Positions 1 to 14,606 of a stretch of 64,000 nucleotides of DNA are shown here, piece after piece. This DNA comes from Oopsacas minuta (taxonomy: Eukaryota > Animalia > Porifera). The notes beneath the pieces were generated by a model. The model was not told the origin of the DNA. It saw only the letters and a list, made by a program, of their open reading frames with translations, and did no database searches. The position numbers and the translations under genes are program-made. How positions within the stretch are numbered: the stretch's first letter is position 1; the number at the start of each line of letters is the position of its first letter. Location of the stretch: assembly GCA_024704765.1 (NCBI GenBank), contig JAKMXF010000221.1, positions 1 through 64,000 on the forward strand, given 5' to 3'.

Positions 1-352
1 AGTAATGGAGACAATTGGATAAAATCTCCTATTAATTGTATAACTTCATTTTGACGCTTGCATATTTTACATAAGAGTGTGGTAATCTTACTTTAGATGG
101 TAATTTTCAGTCATTTTAAGTATGAATAAATAAAAAACATTTTAGGTTTACTATTTATTTGTGGAATCGTGCTACCGTACGATCGTACGACGATTGAAGC
201 ATGTCAGTTATAATTTGTTGAAGTCACACAATTCACTTAAAAACTGTATTGAAGCCATATACCATCAGATCGGCAACATCTCCTATGACATACACAGTAT
301 CTGAAATTCTTCCAAATTACTAACAACAACGTAACATCAAACATAAAGATAC

Positions 353-676
353 CTGTGCCTGACTATTCTCCACACTCAATCGCCACGCATCCACATCAGT
401 TCTTAGTCCAGTAGCAGGCTCAGGTAGTTCATATCTCTTCATATTTATAGACTCCATTGGCTGACTGTTAGTCATCCTATCCATCTCATTCTTGAGAATT
501 TGAGTTTCAAACTTATCATCTGGGAGTGGGAAGTGTTGTAGATAATCTTTGGTTGGTTTGTATAACATCATTTCCTCCTGTATAAGAGCAACAGCATGAT
601 CTCTTGCTCCCGGGTCATCATATCCTTGATCGTAGTAAGGCAGAGCATCAATTAGCATATTGTCAGTACCTGCCAT
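353..676 (-). CDS. BCAS2: Pre-mRNA splicing factor SPF27/BCAS2, first coding exon only; the rest lies left of the window
   Basis: N-terminus IDALPYYDQGYDDPGARDHAVALIQEEM...ELPEP...DAWRLSVENSQAQ matches the SPF27 family. CAG|GTATCT donor at 353/352. No continuing exon recognised in 1-350. Confidence 0.9.
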
Positions 677-856
677 GTATTAACCTATTCAATTCTATAG
701 AAGGGAATTATCTATCTGATGAGAGGAGTAATTGGATAGTTGTGTTGGTTAAAAAATGAGAGCATTATGGAAGCAGAAATCATCAAAATAGCAATATTAC
801 AGTTAGCAGTAACAATATGATAAGTATAGAAAGGTCAAGCTAGTGGGTAATACTGT

Positions 857-2688
857 TTATTTGAGTATATTCTTTCCCTTTCTCTTTTGTCGATCTAATA
901 GTAGAAAATATTTAATAAATAAATATATTTGATAATTGTGACATTAAAATTTCTCTCAAACAAACCTAATTCATTATTCGTCATCAAAATCCTCTCAACA
1001 TTATTCCTGGGACCAGGAGATGTGAATGAATAACCAAATTTTAGAATGTTTGTGTTGGCTTTTAAAGCTGACTCAATCTCCATTTCGACACGGACCCCCA
1101 GAGCATGTTTCTATAAATAGAAATAAGTTTACACTCAACTACAAACAACCAATTATCATAACCAAGATGCTAATCACCTGGTTAGAAAGTCTGATCTCTC
1201 TCAACTTCTGGTTAGCCTCTAGTGACTTTAGTAGTGCCTATGGATACACATTACAATACGGACCATCTGTTTAACATGTAAATTCTTACCATTATTCCAT
1301 CTGGAGTAAAACAATTGGTTTCCAACTCTAGAACTTGTAATCTGACATTGTATGCTAGAGCCTCAGCAATACACTGAAAAGATTATGTTAATTATTAGAG
1401 GTAATCTCTCATATTTCAGATTACAAATTTCGGTCAAATACAAACCACCACATCCAATGTATACAATATTAGCCTAATCAATATTCAGAAACCCTCAAAT
1501 CTGTAGGTCAACAACATATTCATCATATTTCAAAAGATTATTTTGTCGTTTTGATTATTATTTTAGAACATGTAACCATTTCTAAATTAAGATTCACCTT
1601 CAAGCTATTGTCTGCCATCTTAACATTGGACATCTTAAGTACTTTGAGTTGATTATTAGTAGAAAGAGCTTCAGCTAACTCCTTTATGTATTCATGTGAC
1701 AGTATCACGCATGAGAGGTCGATTGAAGTAATTTCTCTTGTATTCTTTTTCACTGCTTTAAGAGCCTCATCTAAAAGCCAATCCAGTACTGGTTTCTCTC
1801 CACACTGATATTCTTGACAAATAGATTACCTAGTCATACTCACATAGAAATATCCTTCTACTTATATTCCACTACAAATCGATTTGACTGACTTACATAA
1901 GTGTACGTAATATACTTACCGTGTAAATATGATGGAATGCTACCAAATATCTTAGTGGCTGCTAAAGTGAATGAGAATTGAGTTTGATCCAAATTGGTTT
2001 CAAGAAATTCTGTTAAAAATAATCAAATAAAGTTACGAATAATTAGAATGAAAGTTGGTTTAGAGATTTACCTCTACATTTCTCAGTTGATAGCGTTTTG
2101 AGACCACATACTGGATTTGCACGACGAATAGAACTCTTTTCATTAATACTCTGTTTTCCATTCACCTCCCCGGCATCCATTCCCAAAAGTTCTAATAATG
2201 ATAACTAATAATGCTGGAATACATACAGGTTAGAGAATAAATGATCACCTGCTATATCCTCAACTTCCGAGGGATCTAATCTCTTGATTAAGTCGAATAT
2301 TTCATCTTCACTATCTTTGGAGGCAGGCTGTACTGGAGGAGAGAATGGCTTACCTCTTATTTCGTGTCTGTATGGTACTTCATTCTCGTCAGGAGGGATC
2401 TGTAGTTCTCTCAAAGCTTGTTCTTTGAGATGATCATTGAGGTGTTCAGGATTGTATTTTCCAGTCGGCTTTCTTTCTATGTTATATCTACCTCTTTCAG
2501 AAGCGGGGAGCAAGTCATCCTATGGGAATAATGGGATACAATGAAATTAAAATTAGATATATAATTTGATATTAAGTTATACATGTACATACGTCTGGAT
2601 CGAGCTCTTCAAGAAGCTCATTGATCTGATCCTCAGTTAAATCCCCCAGGAAAGTATCTAACTCTTGGCCATCAGTACAATTAGCCAT
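857..2688 (-). CDS. TMOD: Tropomodulin (multi-exon)
   Basis: Exon 1 2688-2593 (MANCTDGQELDTFLGDLTEDQINELLEELDPD|GTATGT). Then LPASER...PTGKYNPEHLNDHL, an LRR-cap part (REITSIDLS...LAEALSTNNQLKVLKMSNV), and VEMEIESALKANTNILKFGYSFTSPGPR...NNEL. Last exon DRQKRKGKNILK-TAA at 859-857. Confidence 0.9.
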
Positions 2689-2906
2689 TATGAAGCTAAA
2701 ATTAATAAATACAATTACATAAAATGTGATTGCATAGTGGGAAAGTGTCCCGATTTATCAGAGTTGGTAATAACTATTATGATTAAATTCTTGCAATATT
2801 GGCTAGCAGAAGATGAATTTAACTAAGCACTATCAAAAATATAATATCAAAATAAGTGAATCATAAAAATTAGCCAAACATATCGTCTTAGTCTTTATCT
2901 AATTTA

Positions 2907-3566
2907 CTAGTAGTAATCAGGTTCATTTCCGTTATAATACTGATCTGAACAATGGTATTTGAAAAACTCTACTTCTCCACGTACAGGCAGTATATCAGTA
3001 GAGATAATTTCAACTAGTTGAAAAATTCTTTTCTCATATGCCCCCTCTATCTTTTGAAGCATTATAAACTCTCTATACAATAGTATGGTAGGTACAGCTC
3101 TAGCTTTATATTGTTTGTAAAACAAAGAATCCTTTTCTACGTCACAGTTTAGAAATACAGAATCTGGAAACTCGGCAGCCCATTTGTCCCAATAACGATT
3201 GAGCCAGTTACACTGCTCACACCACTCAGCGTATACATTTACACCAACCAGAGTATCTTTAAAAGATTTAAAGTTTACTATTCTAACCGCTGTTTCCCAG
3301 TCATCAACTTCTAATACTTCTCCTCGTTTGAATCCGAAGGGATTATCATTCAAGTCTGGTAAGCTACGGAAACAAGGTCTGCGTGGAGAAGGCAGGTCTC
3401 CTGTAGGAGAAATTAGAGATTTCTTTCCTACAAAAACATCAGTGTCAATTTTGAAATGTTCAAAAGTAGGTTCTCCCGTGTTCAATTTATAAGTCATGAA
3501 CCTTCTAAAGCTAAAGGAAATAGATCCTGAGAATAGAGTACAAACCCTATACGGTAGAATATTCAT
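2907..3566 (-). CDS. Thioredoxin-fold protein with WCEQC active-site motif (alternative start at 3497, MTYKL)
   Basis: VGVNVYAEWCEQC...FPDSVFLNCDVEK...AVPTILLY...KIEGA is a typical thioredoxin fold with the cis-Pro motif. A strong acceptor-like tract (tctatttcctttag) precedes the Met at 3497. Confidence 0.75.
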   Translation of the reverse strand: MNILPYRVCTLFSGSISFSFRRFMTYKLNTGEPTFEHFKIDTDVFVGKKSLISPTGDLPSPRRPCFRSLPDLNDNPFGFKRGEVLEVDDWETAVRIVNFKSFKDTLVGVNVYAEWCEQCNWLNRYWDKWAAEFPDSVFLNCDVEKDSLFYKQYKARAVPTILLYREFIMLQKIEGAYEKRIFQLVEIISTDILPVRGEVEFFKYHCSDQYYNGNEPDYY

Positions 3567-3730
3567 GACAAAAGGTACTTCTGGATATTTGTGACTTGAT
3601 CAATATGCTAAGTGAGTTGGTTCTAAATTTATGAAAAATGGTAGAATAAGTAATCATACCAAACATTATTAATGAGAGTTTAAATTTAATAAATAGTATG
3701 TAGGTGGTATTCCTAATATACGCATATAGA

Positions 3731-3753
3731 ATATATATATATATATATATATA
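3731..3753. repeat. (AT)n microsatellite
   Basis: About 11 AT units read directly between the thioredoxin and PIGN genes. Confidence 0.9.
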
Positions 3754-3787
3754 CAAATGAATTTCAGGATTACGTCAGAATAAAGCA

Positions 3788-6541
3788 TCATTGCTGCTTC
3801 ATTCTGAGATAATCCTGAACATCCACATTGACGTAGATGCTAGCAAGAGCAGTGATGAGTGTGATACCTAGGATCATACCCATAGCAATAACATAGTGAC
3901 TGATACTGGTACCTATCTGTAACCAGCTTCCCTCATCAGTTATCATGAAGAAGAAATGAAGAGCCATAAAATCGCATATAATGAGTACTAGCAGGAATAA
4001 TAGAGATCTACGTGATTGTGTTGTAACAATAAGGAGATTAAAAGCATTACCTACCATCAGGAGGGGTATACCTATCTTAACAATGAGCAGTAATCCCATA
4101 GTGAAAGGAGAATATAGTGTTATAAATGCATACACAGAAGCGATATCAAATGTATTGACACTAGCAATATTACCTGTACCGAAGAATCCTAGCAATCCGA
4201 AGAAAGCAATGAACAGAGCTCTTCTAACGTAACGGCTAGACAACTGATGGTTCTGTTCCGAAGGGATATTAGCTATGTAGTGAGTTAGAACCCATGAAGT
4301 ACACTGAGAAGATTCTCTAGAATCTATAATAGACTCTAATAACAACCATATATACAGGAGGATAGGGAAAAGTAGTGAGAATAAAGCTTCATGAGATATA
4401 CTCAGTAGTATGTAGGGACAGTATAGTGAGAGCCATGAGTGGAAGAAGTTATTATCCAGATCATGTGAGGATAATATAGGTATAAATATTGATATCAATA
4501 ATACACACCATGATGCTATCCTACTAATTAGGTGAGTACCTAATCCAAGGGATAATGTTGTATATACAGCAGCTACATTTACAATACAAATTAGCAACAG
4601 TAATGACTGTAGTGATAGCAATTTCCTATTGAGTGGATATCTGGTGGTTGACAACCAAATACAAATTAAGAATGTGCTCACTCCAGCTACAATAACAATT
4701 GGGTAGTTCACTGTCTTGGCGTCCACAGAGAGTATAGGGAACACACTACACACACAGCAAACTAGCGTCCATAGTATGGTAACAGGTCTGGTTACATGGC
4801 ATGTTATCAGATCTGTGTATAGGTAAGGCCAGAAAGCTAGTATAATCAATCCAAGAGAAAACACCTGACGGTAATGGAAACCAGCTACCATCACCCATAT
4901 CAGTATGAGAAATAGAAAACTGGATAGAATTGTAGTTAGTTTGATACTCCATGGTATTCTATACACAATATGAAGCTGGGGGTATACCAAGGATAGCAAT
5001 AGAGCTGCTAATAGAGAATACAAGTAGTGAGAGATATCAGAACTTTTCAGGTACAGCATTAGTGTACTGATGAGACCAGATAGAAGTAACACTTTATAGT
5101 TAATACGTGTCAATTGTGTAGATTTAGGTACCAGTGATATAGTCAAATTGAGCAGTAGCAAAACACAGTAGAGAATCCAGAGGATGAATATGCTTGTAAC
5201 TAAGATGTATAGAAATAACTTATTATAATCATGAAAGTATTTGAGAGCTGAAATACTTAATGCAATAAGTTCTTCTGAGAGAGAAATAGCCTTGTTGTAT
5301 TGTTGCTTGTTAATAGCTACAGATATTCTACGTACGAAATCTACTTGTTTGGAGGGAGTGAGAGAAGGGAAGGGTGAGTAGAATGCTGAGAAAGAAGATT
5401 CTCTAACTGCGTTCTCTTTTAATTCCATTTGTCTTAAAATAGAAAGAGCATTTGATTTGATTGCTTCTGCTTTAAACAAGTCAGATGTATTGAGATACTT
5501 CAGTGGTAATTTTCCAATAGAATTTACTGGGAATGGTAGTCCTATCAGTACAGACATAAGAGGAGTTATGTCAGCTTGATTCACGTCTATCCTCCCCTCC
5601 AGTGACACTCCGTCTCTGTCTACATGTAAGTACAATTCCGTTAGGGGGACAAGGGGTGGACGTATCCCTGCCCCCCAACAAACTAGAGGAGTTAATGTCT
5701 CATGAGGATGTCCAGCACCATGAGAACCCCAATTCGTCATACCATGGTCAGAAGTGTACACATACGCAGTAGAATTGTCTTCATAGAAGTCTTCAAACAA
5801 CCGTACAACTCTCTTAACTCCTTGGTCCACCACTGCTATATTGTTGAGGTACTGTGGGGAGTTAGGACGATGTGAGTGACCATTGGCATCTAACCCAATT
5901 AGGTGGAGGAAAAACACAAGTTTGTTCTTTCGGAGTTCAAAGGCCAAAGTAGAATTCAACTGAGCATTTTCGAACATTTGTTCTATTTCATTAAATACCC
6001 ATTCATCTAATACTGATGAGTCCTCCAGACCGAAATCAAGATCTACAGTAGTGCTAACGTTAACTTTAGCTATCGATGTGCCTTTAGCAAACATTAAGAG
6101 AACCTCTGCACTTCCCCAAGAGAACGTACGGCGACTGCGGTTAAAGAGGGAATCAAACTCCACAGGATTATCTTGCCAACCACGAGTGACAGCACTCACA
6201 TCTTCATAGAACCCCGCTATAAGGGCTACATGTCCTGGACGAGTCTCAGTAGGGACACGAGTGTGTGACACACCCCAAGATCCTTGTGTCTGAATAATAT
6301 TGTGCAAGAATGGGCTGTAGAGGTGATTGGTTTCGTTCCGAGAGAAAAATAAGTCAGCTCTCAAACCGTCAGCTATAAATAGCACTAGTCTCTCAGCTGG
6401 TGGAGAGAGCGAAACAGAAATAGGAGGAGCTCCTATGACAAGAGGAGAAGTGAAGTAGACATCAAAGATAGATTTAATCAGAATAGTATGAACCAGTAGG
6501 AACAATAGACCATATTTAACTTGACTAGCTCCTGTTGACAT
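3788..6541 (-). CDS. PIGN: GPI ethanolamine phosphate transferase 1, intronless, 917 aa
   Basis: SIFDVYFTSPLV, RLVLFIADGLRAD, GSWGVSHTRVPTETRPGHVALIAGFYEDVSAV, TSDHGMTNWGSHGAGHP, a multi-TM C-half and FFGTGNIASVNTFD. Confidence 0.97.
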   Translation of the reverse strand: MSTGASQVKYGLLFLLVHTILIKSIFDVYFTSPLVIGAPPISVSLSPPAERLVLFIADGLRADLFFSRNETNHLYSPFLHNIIQTQGSWGVSHTRVPTETRPGHVALIAGFYEDVSAVTRGWQDNPVEFDSLFNRSRRTFSWGSAEVLLMFAKGTSIAKVNVSTTVDLDFGLEDSSVLDEWVFNEIEQMFENAQLNSTLAFELRKNKLVFFLHLIGLDANGHSHRPNSPQYLNNIAVVDQGVKRVVRLFEDFYEDNSTAYVYTSDHGMTNWGSHGAGHPHETLTPLVCWGAGIRPPLVPLTELYLHVDRDGVSLEGRIDVNQADITPLMSVLIGLPFPVNSIGKLPLKYLNTSDLFKAEAIKSNALSILRQMELKENAVRESSFSAFYSPFPSLTPSKQVDFVRRISVAINKQQYNKAISLSEELIALSISALKYFHDYNKLFLYILVTSIFILWILYCVLLLLNLTISLVPKSTQLTRINYKVLLLSGLISTLMLYLKSSDISHYLYSLLAALLLSLVYPQLHIVYRIPWSIKLTTILSSFLFLILIWVMVAGFHYRQVFSLGLIILAFWPYLYTDLITCHVTRPVTILWTLVCCVCSVFPILSVDAKTVNYPIVIVAGVSTFLICIWLSTTRYPLNRKLLSLQSLLLLICIVNVAAVYTTLSLGLGTHLISRIASWCVLLISIFIPILSSHDLDNNFFHSWLSLYCPYILLSISHEALFSLLFPILLYIWLLLESIIDSRESSQCTSWVLTHYIANIPSEQNHQLSSRYVRRALFIAFFGLLGFFGTGNIASVNTFDIASVYAFITLYSPFTMGLLLIVKIGIPLLMVGNAFNLLIVTTQSRRSLLFLLVLIICDFMALHFFFMITDEGSWLQIGTSISHYVIAMGMILGITLITALASIYVNVDVQDYLRMKQQ

Positions 6542-6791
6542 GAATAATGCTATTATCAGTTTGTCTGAGCATAACTATAACATTACTAAAAACAGTATCT
6601 TGTGGAGAACATGGTCATATTAGGAGGAAGATAATTACTAGATTGTGTATACAAGTATTTTATTCAAAGGATAAACAAATAATTATATACAAATTTTGCG
6701 AAAAATAAGACAAAACCTGAACACAGGTTATAAAATAATATAATTCAGCTCACCTAATTGATTAAACGTAAAAAATATCGATATATTGATA

Positions 6792-9110
6792 TCAATCAGC
6801 ATTTTCCTTGCTGTCTACTAACTCATTATTATCTTCTGGTATTTCTGCAATCGAGGTATTCATTTCTTCAACATTTCTTATCTCTACTGTTTCTACAGCT
6901 GTACCATCAGTTATAGTATCTCCCTTATCAAAATCAACACACTTAGAAGATTGAACACTCGAAGTATACTCCCAACCATGTTTAATACAAAGCTCCTTCT
7001 TATACAGCTCGAATACCTGTAGTCTATACTCTGAAAGCTCTCTCTTAGGGTCCCATTTCTCTAGCCCCTCGTCATTAGTTAGATTGTTAGTCAGCTCCTG
7101 GAGACACTTGAGAATATTTGTATCACTCAGCTGTTCTGCTTCAGCTAGCTCAATACGAGCAGCTTGTAGAGATGAACACTTCTCTTCGAATTGTTTGCTT
7201 AATTCTGTATTCTCTTCAGTCTTAGATTCTATATCAAGTTTAAGTTGTTCTTGTTTCTCACTAACCTATATTCATTGTCTTATAAATATGCAGAATCAAG
7301 AAACATTTAACTTACCTTTTTCCTCTCTTCAGCGGTTTCTCTCACTTCCTTATACTTCTTAACTTGAGTGAGTCCCTTCTTGATACTGTCTAGTTGACGT
7401 AGCTTTTCATCTCCCTTACTCAAATTCCATTCTAGACTGATCAATTCTTCTTGACACTCTTGTCTGCAGACAGAGAGCTGGTCTATATCAACTGATAAGT
7501 TGGAAACAGCTACAGTCAGTTTAGAACTCTGTGCTTCTTCCAATTGAGTGAATAGGACAGCTTCTAGCTCCTCTTGATACCCGTTGGGTTCTCTCTCTAA
7601 ACTGTAGATTCGTTCTGCCAAGAGAGGAGCGTGTTTTAACCTCTCTATTTTATCTTTCAATCCCTTAATAGTTTCTTTGTGTTCCTCTTCAAGATTTGAG
7701 AAACACACACGTTTTTCTGAGATAACTTTATCTTGAGTTTCTAGCTCTTCCTGCTGTAACTCTACGCGTTTTGATTCTTCCTCAAGTCTCTTCCTTTCAT
7801 CTCCAACAGACTCGTAAACTGCCCCTAATCTCTCATCAACTTCTTTCAGATCAGATAAGCTTTCTTCTCTATTTGATTTAAGACGAGACAGCTTCCTCTC
7901 CAGTTCTCGTATCTCCTCCTCTAGACCCTCCACTCGGGTTTCCAGCTGTGCTCGCTCTTGTAACAGCTGAGATGTACGAGATGTGACGTCATCTTCTAAT
8001 ATCTGCTGCTGTCTCTGCACATGCTCTCTGTCTAGACCCAGCTGCCTGTTGGAATGATCTTGTCTTTCTACCAACAGATTTAGCTCTCTCCTCTGCTCTT
8101 CAATCTGTCGTGTATACTCCTGGTCATCTCTCCTAAACAATAGATATCAGATAATAGGTAGTATGAAGAATGTGAATAGTCAGTAGTTACCGTGCTTCTT
8201 GCATCAGTCTATCAGCAGCATCCTGTCTCACTCCACTCATCTCTTCCAGCTTCTCAGCTTCCTGTTTATACCGCACCATAACATCTGAATAGAATCCATT
8301 CCACACATCTAGAAGATTAGTTCTTACGTCACCTTCCCTCAGTTCTCTCTCTACAATCTCTGATTCTGAGTTCAGTCTCTCAGCTGTTGTGAAGTCCTCC
8401 TGTTCTTCTGCCTCACCAATCAGCTTAATCAGCTGTACCCTCCTCTCTTGTAGCTGACAACGAGCTGTCAATTCTGTCACTCTACTCTCAATAGCTACTT
8501 CTCCTGCCCTTCTACTCTTTTGTAACTCACTCAATATTATAAGTAACTTCTCTACAGATTCTCTTATGTCAACTTGTGTGCTGTTTATATCTTGACATTC
8601 AGTTTCCATTTCAGATATAGGTTCAGAGGGTGATGTCTCTCTAGGTGTAGGAGTAGAATTAGAGCTACGAATACCACTAGAGGATATACCACCGGGGAGC
8701 TTTGCTTTACGAGTCTTCTTTTTCTGAGAAGATCCTAGATCTGAAGAGATGGAGGTAGGAATGATATTCTCTTCTGGTTCTTCTTTCAGTAGATTTGGAG
8801 AATTGGATACGGGAAGGACAGGATCAGGGACAGGAGCAGGAGGAGGAGGAGGTGAGGCTTCAATTTTCAAATCTGAAAGTAAGGCCGAATTCGTAATGTC
8901 TGTAGGTCCTTGAGATGTTTCTATTGTAACGTCATCTGTTCCGAAATCCATTCCATCAAAGAGAGAACCACCTGTCTCGACGGTAGGCGAACCCATGTCT
9001 AGTTGAGTGTCTACTGGCTGTCGAGAAGATGGAGACAGGAATTTTGGAGAATCAGCCTCTTGTTTGTCTGAATTAGCGCTCTTTTTGAAAGGATTCTTGA
9101 ACAGAGACAT
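6792..9110 (-). CDS. Uncharacterised coiled-coil protein with UVR-like motif (3 exons: 9110-8191, 8132-7316, 7265-6792)
   Basis: GT-AG introns join the three frames in phase (CG|G, AAG|GTT). Low-complexity Ser/Pro N-terminus, then LIGEAEEQEDFTTAERLNSE (UVR-like), then long heptad-rich helices. TGA at 6794-6792. Confidence 0.75.
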
Positions 9111-9185
9111 CCAGATACTATTTCAATATTAAAATACGATATATCAATGTATATGTCACTACTCACGAACAGCACCTTGGAATAA

Positions 9186-9320
9186 GGGACTATTCAGAGG
9201 TCACGTAACCCTTTCAAGGGGAGGGGAGGAGGGGGTAAAATGTTACAGACCATCCTCCAAAGGAAGTACGTAGTATCAAATTTTCAGGAAATTACGGTTA
9301 CGTAACACTTGAACTGCCCC
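9186..9320. mobile_element. Degenerate MITE-like element with ~25-bp imperfect terminal inverted repeats
   Basis: Left end gggactattcagaggtcacgtaacc versus reverse complement of right end ggggcagttcaagtgttacgtaacc, 18/25 identical. No clean TSD. Confidence 0.55.
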
Positions 9321-9468
9321 AATACTTAACTTGTCGTTTATTCTTCACTACAAAAGATGTGATAAAACATTTAGCTGCAATTAAAACCATCTAAAATACG
9401 CATCTCATATTATAAGTGTTTATTTGGCTAAGATCGTAAATAACTAATTCCGTATTAGTAACTGATAT

Positions 9469-11101
<1,633 letters not shown>

Positions 11102-11235
11102 TTAATAAAATTGCCTCGAAATAATATGCAACAAGCAAATTTCCAATTAGAATACAGTTGATTAATTCTTCTCTCTGAAATAAATAAGTTATAAGAAAAT
11201 AATTCTTGCAATTAAATAATAAAAGAGATTTGTGG

Positions 11236-14200
11236 TCAGGTGTTTTCAGAGTTAGAGATTCTCTCTCTAATTCTCAATACAGGTCTCATCCATTTCATCT
11301 TGAGTCTGAGCCAGAATATAGCCTGATAGATACCCCACTCGTTAAGAGGGTCCTCCTCTCCCCAATCAAGCTGAGCCTCTTTAAGCGGTTCTGGTGACTT
11401 TATGAAACTCTGTCTAGCTACAGACTCTACTGTCCTGAGACGTCTGTACTCTCGTATTGGTTTATCTTTGCCAAGAGAGTCAGGGAGGGATAGATGCCTG
11501 GAGAAGAAACTCCCAGATGATTCTGATCTGATTTGAGGGAGAGGAGACAGTATATCTTCTTCACTCTCCTGCTTGTGAGATGTATCAGGTTGTAGAGGGA
11601 GATCAGCTGATATTATTTGCTTTTTAGAATGAGAAGTATCTAGATCATTAGCTGCTTGAGTCTCAGATTCCTCTCTAATCACACTGAGTACTCTATCTTG
11701 AGCAGATTGTGTGTTCTCTCTTTTGCCCTCTTTAGGGGAGGCAGGGAAGGTAGGGACATGCTCATGTACCAAGGGTGAGAATCCAGATTCCTCTGTTACT
11801 GCTTGGAACTTATCAGCGATACTACCTGTACTCTCATCAATACTGGTCTCAGTTGAACCTCCCATTTCCCCATCCTTCTGATCCTGTGTCTCATGACTAC
11901 GAATTGAAGAGATAACTCTTATCTCTCCCTCTATGGGTGAAGTGGTATACTTGAGGTCTGTTAAAGAGGTCGAGTTGCTTTTAGGAGTAGAGTGAGGGAG
12001 CTTACTCACATTAGCAGAGGTATGTAGAAACAAATTCGATACACTGGTACATGTAGAAGGAATTGAAATAGAGGTTAAGTGTTCGTAAGATGAGGGGACA
12101 GATCCTAGATTAAGAGAAGGTTGTTTTGGAATGTGGAGGGTACTTGGTTTAGGGGGCGGGACATTAATTGCGTTAGCTTGGTTTAAAGATGGATGTGTAT
12201 ACAAAGGAGGGTGTGATAATTGTAACTGTACAGCTCGTATCTCATTACTTATATTCGTTAGAGCACTTATTCTGGCAGTCTCCTCTAGATGAAGTTTTTG
12301 AGAGAATAGCTGCTGTGTGCCCTGTAAAGCTCTGTGGAGTTGTATAGTCTCTTCATTATGCTGTCTGGTATAGCCCTCCAGCTGTTGAGTGAGTCTGGAG
12401 AGATCGCTTATAGCTTGCGGTGTGTTGAGAAGAGGTTGTATAAGAGAATTCAGTTCTATTAGTTTCTGTTGAGACTTGTGTATTTGAGAAGATTGCTCTT
12501 CTATTGAATGGGTATGTTCTTGTTTCATTTGAAGCAGTTTGTTACTTAAACTTGTAATCTCTGCTCTTAGGCTATTCTCACAAGATTGATTAGAATCTAT
12601 TCGCTGATTCAAATTTGAGAAATTATTTTCTAACTCTGTTTTGTAATTTGTAAATTCTTCCCTGAGAGAATGCAGTACTTGTAATGAGGATAGCTCTTTG
12701 TTAACAGACTCTCTCAGATCTGATAATTGGTTTGTGGATTCTAAGCAATCTGTCCTATAATCCTAGCACAAATATTGAATAGATTGTAATTTTCTAATAT
12801 GATCGATTAGCTATTTCGTTAATACAATGGAACCTGCATAAACCGGAAGACCTCCATAATCCGACAGTGTTTCTGATCTGAAATAGCTTCCGTCAATATA
12901 CTAATTCACCTGCATTATATAACCATACAATTTGCTAACAGACAAATTTTCATGTTCCAACGAGCGTCGTTTTTACGCAGGTTCCACTGTATATTGTATT
13001 GTCAATATATTTCACCTGTAGTTGATCTGTAAGCAATGTGATACGCTGCTCTAGACTGCTCTGAAGTTGCTGGAGTTTAACCTCCAACAGCTGATTAGCC
13101 TGGTGAGCTGAGTTTAGTAACTTGAGAAGATCAGCACGTACTCTATGTGTATCTGTTTGTAGACTACTCACTGCTTCCTTTCTAGCTGTAACCTCAGCTA
13201 ACAATAAATGATTAGTTCGTAGTCTCTCTGCTTCAACTTGTTGTTCTAGAATACCCAAGGAACTAGCATGATGAGACATTAGTTGCGAAAATTTCTTATG
13301 TCTAGATCACAAATTACATTTAACGGAGGTCTACAATAAAAACATAATGTTATATACCTTTGTTGAATTTCAATATAATTATCATAAATACTCTTTTCTA
13401 TCTTCTCCCACCTCGACTCGAATTTATCTCTTGCGTTATCAAACTCTTTCAAAAGCATCTTCTCCAAAATATTCCTCTCTCTGACTTCTTCCTCAGATAG
13501 CTGTTGAATTCTTCTAACTGTTGCTAATGTTAATTCTTTAATATTATTACTAATCGCATTTAATAATGAATGTAGCTCTGAAATATCTCCAGATAATCTC
13601 GTTTCTAGTCCAATAAATTCCTCTTTCCACTTCTCAGCTTTATCTATACAAATCATATCTTTAATAACTATCGTAAATAATAATAAATTTCAATACATTA
13701 ATTTGTCCATGTTATTTCGGTTTTTTGTCCGGAATTGATTGACTCTCATATTCATTGTCTCATGAGTATAACTAACTTGTAAGAGTTGTACAGAGAGTCT
13801 CATGTCCATGTGTACATCTTTCCTCAACCAGAGAGATGTGAGAAGATATACGCTCCTCTGATCTGTTAAGATTAGTACTGAGTGAGGAAATTGTAGCAGC
13901 TAGTCTCTTCAAAGAAATAGCTCCAGTTTCTACCTCTCTGTTAATATCCTCCAGCTGACGCTCTGAAATGTGAGTAGTCTGATTCAGTCGATGAGAGAGA
14001 TCTTTTAACTCCCCAGCTACACGCCCAATATTCGTATCTAAACGCACCTAAATCAGTGTATATCGATATTTACGTATATTCGTGTCTTAGATAATAACCT
14101 GATTGGAAAAATCTTCATGAGCTGTGAGTAACCTCTCTCTCTCAACTTCTAAGAAAGCTTGTCTAGTGCTCTGTCGCATGAAAGAGGACATTTGTGTTTG

Positions 14201-14434
14201 GGTAGATACCAGCTGACTACGTAACTGAGCTGTCTCCTGAGATGAGGAACCTCCCCCCTGATTTATCTGTTGTAACTGTAGTCTCATCATACCGCGAGAC
14301 CTCACAGACTCTTCCATCAGGAACTGAATACCTTTCTCACAGGAAGATAGACGTTCCTCAAGGGACAGAGGAACAGGGGGTACATGAATAGGCGGGAGAA
14401 TACGACCAGAGGGAGAGGCAGTTTCTCGGAACAT
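11236..14434 (-). CDS. CCDC154: Long coiled-coil protein, CCDC154-like, multi-exon
   Basis: Consecutive coiled-coil ORFs joined by short GT-AG introns (e.g. AG|ACAT at 13301). C-terminal PLNEWGIYQAIFWLRLK resembles the CCDC154 C-terminal motif (WGVYQAVRWLRWK) as I recall it. Confidence 0.55.
12825..12989. mobile_element. Tc1/mariner (pogo-like) MITE inside an intron of the CCDC154-like gene
   Basis: TIRs caatggaacctgcataaa and cagtggaacctgcgtaaa (16/18). Flanked by TA on both sides (12823-24, 12990-91). Lies within the intron at about 12765-13013. Confidence 0.85.
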
Positions 14435-14606
14435 CTCACTAATAATAGGTGATTCGTGTATATAATGACAGAAAATAATATTCTCCCAAAAATAATGGAA
14501 TAATTTACTAGCAAAGATGTCAATACCTACTACATACCACTATAACATTACTAATAGAAAGCTAACACAACTAAAGGCAGCTATTAATCAGCTGCTAATA
14601 TAACAA

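Noticed and set aside
175-190. 14-bp palindrome cgtacgatcgtacg in the BCAS2 intron
   Set aside because: Isolated, with no supporting element structure.
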